A stretch of 64,000 nucleotides of DNA. Source: Penicillus capitatus (taxonomy: Eukaryota > Plantae > Chlorophyta). Position numbers and translations under genes: made by a program. Location: contig OZ287703.1 in assembly GCA_965649825.1 (NCBI GenBank), positions 987,722 through 1,051,721 of the forward strand. Direction: 5' to 3'. The notes below the pieces were generated by a model that saw only the letters and a list, made by a program, of their open reading frames with translations, was not told the origin of the DNA and did not search any database. Shown piece after piece: positions 26,101 through 36,684 of this stretch; within the stretch, counting starts at the first letter, position 1; each line of letters starts with the position of its first letter.

Positions 26101-28882
26101 CCCGTTCATCGATCTTCCTTGAACAATGCTGGCGTCATTCACAATGATCGAGCTGTTTCCTGATGCCGATGCAAAACCGCCTGTGGCACCTGCGGAGCTC
26201 AAGGAGAAGTACGACTGTGTGATTCTGACAGTCGAGTTCACCGCGTACACGAAACCGCCGCTTGTGAGTGCGCCGCTGATAGTCGCATTCGTGCGCTTCA
26301 GCTTCACGCGCGAGTCCTCCGAGTACACGAAACCGCCGCTTGTGAGTGCTCGGTTGTTTCGTGCATCCGTGTCGACTGCCTTGACCACAGATCTCGACAC
26401 GAACATGAATCCACCCAACGTTGCGCTGTTATTGGTCGCGGTCGTGTGGTCCGCTTTGACCTTCGCGTCCCTTGCGAATATCAATCCACCTTGGTTCTTG
26501 GCGACATTTCCCATCGCACGGATGCTCGTTAGCGACACCGTCGATTTCTGTGCGTCCATAAATCCACCGTCGCCTGCTGCTTCGTTGTTGATGACGTCCG
26601 TGATCTCTAGGACCACGTTTGATCCAGCTGCATACATGACGCCGCCGTCACTCGTTGCGTTGTTGCGCATTGCACTTGTATACTTCAGGCTGACATTTGA
26701 GCTCTCAGCCCGCAAGAACGCGCCATACGATGCACTGTTGGCCGTGGCGTTCGTGTGCGCCAGCATCACATTCGAGCTAACTGCCATCAGAAATCCGCCG
26801 CTGATCTGAGCGTCGTTGTTAATCGCGTTTGTGTGCCTGAGCGTCACGTTCGATGCTTGAACCCATACGCATCCACCATCCGTTTCTGCGATATTGGCGA
26901 TCGCGTTTGTGTGCTCGATCGTTGCGATTGAGTCCTCCACGTACAAGAACGCGCCAGACGATGCTCTGTTGGCCGTCGCGTTCGTGTGCGCCAGCGTCAG
27001 TCTCGAGTTCTCTGTCTGAAGGAATCCGCCGTTTGATGTTGCGCGATTGCCAATCGCATCCGTGTGCTCCAGCTTCAGGTCAGAATTTCGTGCATACATG
27101 AACGAGATCCACTGCGCCTCGTTGTCGATCGCGTACGTTTCGGTTAGCTTCACCGTCGAGTTGTCTGCGTAGATGAAGCCGCCAGATCTTTTCGCGCTAT
27201 TGGCGGTCGCGCTTGTGTGGTCTAACGTCACATTTGAGACCCTGACGTCCAAGAACGCGCCATAGGCAGCTCTGTTGGCCGTCGCGTTCGTGTTCTTCAG
27301 CATCACTTTCGAGTTCTCTGCGCCGAGGAATCCGCCACGGCCATGTGCCGTATTGTTCAGTGCTATTGTGTGCTTGAACTCCAGCTCTGAGCCTTCCGCG
27401 TAAACGCAGCCACCCTCATCAGACGCGACATTGTCGTTGAACTCGGAGCGGAACACGGAAATCTTCGACGCTTCGGCGAGGATCACGGGTCCTGTAAGGC
27501 CTTCGTTTGCAACGAACGTGCACTTCTCCACTTTGACTGACGACTTTGTCGAATGAACACAGTGATGCTTCGTCTCTTCGTCGATTCTTGTACTCAGAAC
27601 ATTCCTTCGGAACGATGCATTCGACAGTGAAATGTCGCCTTCTAGGATACGAATAATGGTGAGGTTGTTTCCGGAAGCGGCGAATCCTCGCAGCTTGGTA
27701 CTTGACGAGATGTGTCCATAGAACAAGGAAGAATGCTGCTCATCCGCGTCGGTGACTCTGTTCCAGTAGCAGGTGCAATTATCCAGTCGGTTTTTTTGTG
27801 CAAGGTAAACACCGCAGGCTTCGCCTGAGCAGACATTCTCGGAGATCTCAACTTCGACCATCTTCAGTTCGGAACAGGATGGGGAAGACATTCGGAGTGC
27901 CGACGCTGCAGTCAGGTCGTTTTGTCGAAACGCTAAACGGCGCAAAGCCACGAGACCAGGAGTATCTTCAGTGTGGCACGCTGTCACCTTGATTATCGAC
28001 TGGGCTTCGTATGTGCCGTCGAATGCGCACCTCTCGATGATGAGATCGACAAAAGTAACGTTCATGGACCTACGAGCGAACAGAGAATAACTATCTATCT
28101 CACTCAAAGTTGTCTTACTCTACGAGAAAGAGTCCGGAGTTCTCGTAAGGACATGTGAATCTTGTCTTTGTGGTCGATCTAGAGAGGACGTCGTCAGGAG
28201 AGTCGGTGCTTTCGACTTGGGTGGCGAGGGTCAGTTGCCGCGGAATGGTGACACGCGACGACGGGCGCACAACGTCTGTCACGTTGAAAGAGATGATGTC
28301 TCCCTCTTTGGTGCAGTCGACGATCTTCTGCAAGTCGTTGTCAATTTCTCTTAGGACAACGCTGCTGACGAGCCACGTCTTGCCGTCTTCAGACGTGTAT
28401 CTGTCTTTGGCGTTTCTCGACAAGGTACATTTGGAACCTAACATATTCAGAAGCCATTTGAATGCGGCGTCTGCGCGAGACGTAAGAAGAGCCGAACCTT
28501 TAGCGGTTTCTCGTCTGGATGTGTCAGACTGCGACGGCGCGTGCTCTTCGCTGACCCTCTATAGACAGAAGACACGATGGTAAATGTCCGTGCCGCTGAA
28601 TGGCAGCAGGCGAATTCGAGACTTACATCTTGAGGGAGTTTTGTAGCGAGGTCGGCTGGCGATTCAGACGGTGCAGCTGGTGTGTTATCGTTCATTTCGC
28701 CTAAAACACAAGACAGCATAGTTGATGTGATGCGACGGAGCCAGCGTTGGAAAACCGTCCACAGCAGAAGCGGCATCTGGCGTACGCAGCAACGCGCGTT
28801 GAACAGCGCGCGTATGTCCGACTCCCTGCGCAAACGAGCAGAAGAGCAGACAGAGCTTGAGGCAAGAAAGAGAAGTTCGCAT
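23114..28882 (-). CDS. Large surface/membrane protein: signal peptide, Pmp-like/pectin-lyase-type GGA..N beta-helix repeats, Cys-rich region, multi-pass TM C-terminus; multi-exon
   Basis: Signal-like MRTSLSCLKLCLLFCSFAQG. A 769-aa ORF with about 17 GG(F/A)xxxxxSxVxLxxTxAxxNxA repeats. CVECG..CLPCPENGNC..C..GHTGPLCGSC. KITLSYVQ motif and several hydrophobic helices in 23114-24190. 5' exon boundaries are approximate. Confidence 0.8.
26120..27430 (-). repeat. Intragenic 75-78-nt coding tandem repeat array
   Basis: TGTTGGCCGT(C/G)GCGTTCGTG recurs near 26737, 26968 and 27273. GTACACGAAACCGCCGCTTGTGAGTGC recurs near 26245 and 26323. Confidence 0.85.
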
Positions 28883-30663
28883 CGTGTGGACGTAAAACGA
28901 TCGCAGAAGGAAACGTGCAGAATGATACGTTCGTTTTTGTCGATCATCATCAGACGACTGCTGCGACGACTGAAAAGACGGACGGATCTTATTCTCTCTA
29001 CAGACATGACGCGTCATGGATAGTCTGAGAGACGGAAACGTCTTCGCCGAACCGACTAGCGATGTCAACAGAATGACGACAGTCGAGGCATCAAGATCGA
29101 AGACGCTGTGATCTTTATCCTGTCTGTCCTTTCCTTTCGCAGAGGTTGCAAGCATAACGACGAATGCCTCGTCCAATGTACTCAGCTACGCTAGATGACG
29201 TTTCCTGTAACACACTGATTGGACTGACAGATGCCGTTCTGCAGAGGACTGAGTGCAACGAAGCTATCTTCGTCGCTTCTCAGCTGACCAAAGACTCCGT
29301 ACTGCACAAGGACGTGCGATGTCTTTAGATTTTCCTCGGCGATGATGCCGTCAGAGGTGTGTCGCGAGGCTGAAGGCTACAGAACAGATTGCATGCCGTA
29401 TCCGCAAGCTCCGATGCGCATCGACACATTCTTCTTATGATTGCCTCAAAAGTGAGTCATCGTGTTCAAAATTCTGCATCCGTTTCTCACTCTCCGTTGT
29501 ACTGATGGTTCAGATACTGGAAATCGAAGAATCGAGTCGGTTTGAGTCTCTCAACCGTAGCTGACGTGCAGCTTGTAGTTAACTGTCTAAGATCCGAATG
29601 TAGTTTGAAGTGACAGTGGCGATGATCAGAAGCTGTGGTTAAGCCAAGTTGGATCTCAATGATTTCACACCGATGGACACAGAAAACTCGATGTCGGCCA
29701 GTTCAGAGAGGGGTATTATCGGATGTGATATCGTCAGGGTTGTCGCCTAAAGCGGTGAAGAGCACCGGAGCAATGAAGACATCAATGCGGAGACATACTC
29801 TTCAAGCACTAGACAATAGAAGCAGCCAGCGACCGTCGTTTTGTTCAGAAGAGTAGGATGAAGACCTTTGGTCTTCGATGATGAGCTCGGCATCAGATGA
29901 GGTTCCACTGAGGAATAAATGCACACTGTACCATGCTTTGTGTGGCCGAGAGGCCGTGGTGGAAGCACACCTTTCTAAACTGTGTTCTCTGATCTTATGG
30001 GTACAGCACCGGACGTCTTTGGACACAGTGTCTTGACCGGATGGCGTTGCTTTAGGTACTTCGTCTGTTGCGTCGTACGCCGAGAGTCGTTTCGGACGAG
30101 AGCGGAGCAAGCAAATGACGCAAACAGACAAAGGCTCGATACGGAGAGAGATATCGCCGCCGCCGAAGCAACGGCAGAGGAAGAAGACACGGGAGAGTAT
30201 GATGCGAGGCGTCATTTCTATGTGCTGCCTGCGGCTTCTAAACGCGTGAAGTGACTTGTGCTTTCTTTCTCATGCCCTGGTATTTACAGGACACTGGACA
30301 GCTGGTATAAACAACAGAAAGTACACGTTCAGCGAATGCATCAACGATCAAGCATTGGACGCTGGTACTTAAGCTTCGAGCGTGTTAGGTGCCAATGTGC
30401 CGCCACGTTCTGTGTTTTATGCTACCTGTGGCGACGCTAAGCCAGAAACACGCGTCATTCCAAACAATCAACATTCTGAATTGGATCAGCACTACACGAC
30501 GTTTCCAGTTCTTCTTGGCATTTAGGAAACAGGTCGCCAGGTTTCAGTTCGATGCAAATGATAAATGAAATTTGGTCAGATAGTGAAGGAATCGTCAAAG
30601 ACTTATTCAAAGCTGGGCGTTTAGATAAATTGCGTAGTCACGGGGAACTTTTATTGGCGTAAC

Positions 30664-33600
30664 TCACGGACGTAAGAGTTTCTTGAGGACCCTTCGCGTC
30701 GACTTGGAACATGAAAGAGCACTTGCAACACAAACAAGGTCAAAAGGCGTTTCTCCACTGTCGTTTGTTATGGTCTTCGAGGCCCCGGCATCCACCAGAA
30801 CCTGAAAATGCACTATTACACTATAAGATGCTGTTTCTGACGTGCCTTGGCTGTCTCTAACGCGCCGTTCGTCGATGCATCGTGAAGTGGAGTATCTCCA
30901 AACGCATCCGTTGCGTCGAGATAGGCATCTTTTTTGAGTAACAACTGTAGAAGGCAAAGTGAAAGAGAAGACGAGAGGGAATAGGCAAAAGCACCTTTGT
31001 AACCTTTGGGCTCGTTCTGGTTACGGCAATGTGAAGCGGTGTCTGTCCGATACTGCTCGCGCCGTCAACGTCGGCTCCGTGTTTGAGGATAATCTGCCAG
31101 TCGACAGTTTACGCCAATGCGGCAAGGACGTATATGTGCAACAAACCTCGACAACTTCGGCGTCCGAATAACGTGTTGCAAACAGCAGAGGCGTCCATCC
31201 AATGATATTGGCATGGTTGACTTTAGCTCCGTGCTTAAGGAGGATCTGGCGATCGAAACGTTCTGCCGAAAGGCAACGAAGCGGATGCGATACTCACCTC
31301 GATCATTTCGGCGTCTGCTTTACGCGCTGCAAAAAGCAGAGGCGTCCATCCTTCGTCTATGGCCTCGTTGACTTTAGCTCCGTGCTTGAGGAGAATCTGG
31401 CAAACGACAGACAGCTTCTGCCAATGAGGCAACGACGATGTTTGGTGCGCGACCCGACCTTGACCATTTCGGCTCCTGCGTAACGCGCTGCAAAATTCAG
31501 CGGCGTCCATCCATCGTTTATAGCTTGGTTGACTTTAGCTCCGTGCTTGAGGAGAATCTGACAGTGAACAGACGACTTCTGCCAATGAGGAAACGACGGT
31601 AAGTGTACAACAGACCTCGACAACTTCGGCGTCCGAGTAACGTGCTGCAGAAACCAGAGGAGTCCATCCATTGTCCTTGGCCTGGTTGACTTTAGCTCCG
31701 TGCTCGAGGAGAGTCTGACAGTCGACAGTTCTGTCATCGAGGCGACGAAGTGAATGCGTTACTCGCCTCGACCACTTCGGCATTCGAATGACGCGTTGCC
31801 AAAAGCAGAGGCGTCCATCCATCGTCTATGGGCTGATTGACTTTAGCTCCGTGCTCGAGGAGGATCTGGCAAACAAGAGACAGTTTCTCTCATCAAGGCA
31901 ACGACGTTTAATGCGTAACCGACCTCGACCACTTCGGTTTCTGCGTAACGTGCGGCAATATGCAAAGCAGTCCATCCATCGTCTATGGGCTGATTGACTT
32001 TGACTTCGTGCTCGAGGAGGATCTGGAAAACGCCAGACGGCTTTTGTCATCGAAGCAATGGCGTTTAATGCGTAACCGACCTCGACCACTTCGGTTTCTG
32101 CGTACCGTGCTGCAATATGTAGAGCCGTCCATTCATCGCCGTTAACTGATTTGACGTCTGCTCCGTACTCGAGAAGGATCTGGCAAAAGATAGACAGTTT
32201 CTACCTATAAGGCAACCAAATGAACGCGTTACGCACCTCCACCATTTCGGCGCCTGCATAACGTGCCGCAGAATGCAGAGGAGCCCATCCGATGTCGTTC
32301 TTTTGGTTGACATCCGCTCCGTGTTCGAGGAGGATCTAAGAACCAACGCTTGAGCACACGATCAAAATCGCTTTGTAGATTCACCTTCGCCACCTTCGCA
32401 TGTCCTTTCCCCGCTGCCAGGTGCAAAGGAGTCCATCCATCTTCGTTGACTGCATCGACGAATGCCTCATATTCCAGAAGAACCTTCAAGGCGTGAACAG
32501 AGAAATTTGATGGACAGAGACGAAGCATCTAGACTCTGTCATCCAGAGTGGATTCAGCCCAGAATAATACCTCAGTGCATTCTGACGTGTTGTAAAGCGC
32601 CGACCAGTGCAACAGAGCGAACCGTTCCGATTTCCAGTACCATGGCATTCGAACGAAGGACTTGTAGACGGAATCTGGATCCAGTGCCTGCAGAAGAGCT
32701 GCTTCTAGCTTCGGGGCATCGTCATCTTTTATACAGTGATATGCTTCCTACAGAACCGTAGCGCAGTCCAGAATGATCTTTATTGTCAATTCAACCTTAT
32801 TCAGCTCTTTCTGAGATAGCTCCGTCAGCTGTTTGCGTTCCTCTTCGATTCCCTGCCGTTCGGACTTCTCGTTTTGCGGTTTATCATCCACAGGCTCATC
32901 CGCTGCTGAAAATCCCACGCCATCTTCGTCATCGTGCGAAGGTTCGTTCATAACTTCCGACGAATCTGGCACCTGCACTAAGAGATCAGGACAATAGAAG
33001 GAGATTGATCGAATGGTTCACCTCTTCTTCGTCGATTATTTCGAGAATCCAATCTCTGAACGCGTCTATTCTTGTGTAGACAGAAGGCGATGCATCATCG
33101 CAGTCTTTGGATCTCACGGACGTCACACCGATGAGCAGGTCGCGTTCTGGACTCCCCTCCGATACGTCTCCCTCCGATCTGTCAGGAATCAACAACAGAC
33201 CGCCGGAATCTCCTACGACAAGGGTAAATCAGCAGAAAGCGTCATCTCATGCCATTCAGAACCTTCGCATGCGGTTTCTCGCGAAAATCCGGCACAAATC
33301 GAGTGACGGTTGACGGAGTGTCCCAGAAGCTTCTTGCAGACATGATGCTTCACATGTACCAGGCCATTCGTCATCTGCAAAGAACTTGGATGCTTTCCGT
33401 TGTTGCTCAGTCCCCAACCGAGTGCGGCGAAGAGTTTGCCATTACGGAATTCGCCTCGCTGAGTGTCCATCGACGGCAGCGAGCGATTCGCTTCCTTGTT
33501 TAATTTGACGACGGCGATATCGTATCCGTCGTTCACGTCGCCCGTCCAAGATTCAGGCCAATAGCTTTTCTCTCCCTTCAGTACCTAGCAACACGCATTT

Positions 33601-34095
33601 CGGCAGGAGAGTAAACAAACGTGGACATGTGTTACTTTATTGGAGTCGTTTGCATCAAGCGTGTGGACACCGCAGCGAACAATCGGATGTCGGCCGACAC
33701 TGTGCGGAGAGGCGGGGTCGACACAGTGTGCTGCAGTAATGACCCATTGCTGTCGAATGAGCACTCCGCCACAGCGGCGAAGTCCATCGTCTTGTGCAGA
33801 GAGAATACAAATATAGGGGAACCGTCCCTCAGGTGCCACTTCCGCATCCTGCAAAACGAAAAGGCTACGACACTACTGGAGAGACGTACGTGTTTACGAT
33901 AGTGGAGGGACTTGTTTCCCATTCGGAGTCTAGCTTTCCCGACTTTTCTGAACAATCGCCCGTGTCGGACTGGAGTGCTAACCGATAGTCGTTCTTACTC
34001 TGGATATGCGGATTGGCGTCGGCGTAGAAGAGCAGCACGGATGGCAAGAGGAGCAGAAGTGCAGTAGCTTTGGTCGGCAACGAGGAGAGCGACAT
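30664..34095 (-). CDS. Signal peptide + trypsin-like (S1) serine protease + acidic linker + about 12-13 ankyrin repeats, one spliced gene
   Basis: Catalytic motifs TAAHC, DIAVVKL and spliced G|DSGG. In-frame GT-AG splicing links WILEIIDEEE to VPDSSEV..ELNK, then EAYHC..SECTE, then VLLEYEA..GWTPLHLAA. Stop TGA at 30664-30666. Confidence 0.82.
30846..32483 (-). repeat. Tandem array of 11 exon+intron units (99-nt phase-0 ankyrin exons, about 150-157-bp period)
   Basis: Each exon reads xLLxHGAxVN....GWTPL..AARY..AEVVE. Central introns resemble each other. Confidence 0.9.
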
Positions 34096-34249
34096 GTTTT
34101 GAAGAATGCGAAGGCGACGGCTGTTGAGGCATCAACAGCCGTTTAAATAGACCCAGCTCCCGCCATTCGTCACGATGGCTTTGCAGTAACCACCGCGACG
34201 ATTGGCTGGACAACGCACCAAGAGAGTAACCACCACGCGTCTATTATGG

Positions 34250-35030
34250 TTTTGCATCAAGTGCCTCCAGTTCTGTCAAAAATCTTCTAAACAGAGGTTT
34301 GCTAGAAGAGGCTCTGTGCTTCATTGAATGCGTTCTCACATTAGCATTCCCAAAACGCCTTCACATCTACTTTCTTCGGACATCGTCCAATCTTTGCTAA
34401 TACCAATCGCTTTGCAGTCCCAACGTTTCCCACTATGATCAAACGCAAGGGAGGATGTTAGGAATGTGAAGGCACAGTGTGGTACTCATCTAGCAGGTAA
34501 CGTTCTGCAGGACAGTCATGGGAAAAAAGATACGACTCCAAGATTCCATTCACTGCCTGAAACGAAGTTCTGAAAACCTAAAGACTGGGAATCCGTGTTC
34601 ATCGTGTCCCGGCAGAATATAGAGCAGAAGGAATAAGAGCAAAGAAACAAGGCTCGGCCAGAAGAACCAGCCCAATCGAAACTGTCAGACCGGATATTCA
34701 CAAAGTGAATGGCAGACAAAGCCACAACAAAATCCCAAGCGCCTCTCGTTCTGGTTAAGTACATCGTTGTCGTACGGCGTTGGGCCGAACAGATTTCCAC
34801 AAAATTGCCCAAGAATCGTTGCGATGCTGTGGAGGCATTTCACTCCTCTCTTCGGAGCACCAAACAGAAAGAGTGCTCGTAGTCCAGTTTCTCCAGACGA
34901 TGCCCGTTGGAAATCGAGACCAGGTCTGACAACTGCCCGCTGTAGCATTCGTTGAACGAGAGCTCCTTCACCTCGTGACAGGTTTGCTGAAGACAGTCTC
35001 CAGGAGCGCAACGAGCTGCTCCAATTGAGG
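34250..35030 (-). pseudogene. Decayed coding-like sequence of unknown family
   Basis: Long near-open frame interrupted by scattered stops and a frameshift (e.g. EVKELSFNECYSGQLSDLVSISNGHRLEKLDY). No family recognised with confidence. Confidence 0.25.
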
Positions 35031-35065
35031 ATCAGTCGCCAACCTTCCGTCTTAAACAACTAAAC

Positions 35066-35180
35066 GTTCGGTGGACGAGAGCCTTGTCTTCGTATAGCGG
35101 AGACCGTACGTGCCGTTAACGGCGTGCGCCCAAAAGCACAAAGAAACGAAAACGACACTTGTGCAAAACTTCATCATCAT
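35066..35180 (-). pseudogene. Orphan copy of the patatin signal-peptide exon
   Basis: MMMKFCTSVVFVSLCFWAHAVN matches MATKFCTVVVFVSLCLSAHAVN at 49291-49176. The splice donor is deleted and patatin exon 2 is absent. Confidence 0.75.
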
Positions 35181-35891
35181 ACTGCTCGCTGAAACGACAG
35201 CGACGACAGGTGGATGCAAGACGTATAGGCGACGGTGCCAGTACGCGCTGCGTCCGGCGTCTTCTGTTCTGTGAATCGTTCAGCATGACGATGTCTGCCT
35301 TCATGGAAGATTCCTCATTTGGAACCAGAAACCAGCTAACCGCGAAATAAACCTTCTTCCTGGGGTCGGTTGAGACGTACCTGTGGCGTTTGCCGCTGTC
35401 TATACCCGTCTAAGGACCTGGAGAATACAGGTATACCTGATGAGGCAAAGCTCCGACGTTGTATCGCGCTTAAACGATGCCCAGTCGCAAGAGGGAAGTG
35501 CAGACCATGCATGCATGGATGTATGATCCTCAGACACAGCCATGACAGGTTTGTCTACCGAAGACTGAAGCATCACGTTTCGTGTGATATGTATGTGTGA
35601 GAAATGGACTGGTGGGTCATCATTGTAGATGGACGTATCATGAAGTCATTCCTGAACATCTGACAAGACATCCCGGCCGTGTTGATCACGATCAGATGTC
35701 GCTGCCCTACGATGTGATTGATGCGTTGTCATCTTATTCCGCACCGCGTCGCAACAGTTTAGGTAGCTGACGTTTGTCGCCAGAAGAAATAAAAACGAGT
35801 ACAAAAACGAAAACGATTTCACGTTCCTTTGATTTTTGACCTACCCGTAGTACTCTGCCGAACGATTTTTTCGGTTTGCTCGAGTGGCGCC

Positions 35892-36684
35892 ATGGCAGAC
35901 AACAGCTTTACTTTGGCTTCTTTTCCCTTCGATGGCACCTGCAAGTACAGTCGCAACGGCGACACGATACTCAAGTTCAGTGACGGCTCTTACTTAAAAA
36001 CGCACGCCGCTCTACTGAAGATGGCATCTCCTGTCTTCGATTCGATGCTGACTGACTGTACAAACACGAAGACACTTGTGTTGGAGAAGACCTCTCGTAA
36101 AACATGGGTTCACATCCTGAACCATCTCCATCCAGCAGGATCACTCGTTTTTTCCAACTTTGATCGCGTCAATGGATTCGCCACGGATCTGCAAGAGGAT
36201 CACACATACGAGATAAAAGCGAAGTGCGACGCTTTGTCCGATATCCTCGAACAGGCAAGAAAGTTCAAGCTGGATTCTCTGTTTGCTTTCATGGACGATC
36301 TGTTGTTTTCTCTTTTCCCCAAAGAACTGGATTCCAACCTTGCACAGAGGCTTGCTAATAACAACCGCTCTCACGGCCGTCTCTATAACCTTGCACTCCG
36401 ATTTGAGTCAGAATTGCCTAAGACCAGTGAGAAAGTCCGTGGTAACATTATTAAGTACCTGCAGAATACCAGCCAATGCCGCAGCTGTGGAGCAAGACGC
36501 TTCCAAAGTTCATCATATCGTCAAAGAGTAAGAATAATAATCTACTCTTCTCGTTTTAGGATGTTTTGTTTAGAATCAGTCCAGTGAGGCCGAGAAGAAT
36601 TTTGCAGTGAACCTCATCGATGAAGGAAGTCAGGAATTCCACAAGAAGCTGATCAAGGATCTCATAAGCTCTATTCTGTTTTGA
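35892..36684 (+). CDS. BTB family protein B7 (exons 35892-36527, 36574-36684)
   Basis: Family motifs. No intron at the canonical position; a 46-bp phase-0 intron near the 3' end restores the C-terminal LIDEGSQEFHKKLIKDL motif. Confidence 0.78.

Noticed and set aside
26126-26809. 227-aa antisense ORF with PPL repeats
   Set aside because: Shadow of the GG..N repeats on the coding strand.
26120-27430. Recent horizontal transfer from Chlamydiae
   Set aside because: The gene has several host-type introns and a TM tail rather than an autotransporter barrel; repeat similarity alone is not evidence.
29635-30254. Overlapping short ORFs, one with GGGDISLRI resembling a BTB start
   Set aside because: No downstream KTH/ASPVF motifs in any frame.
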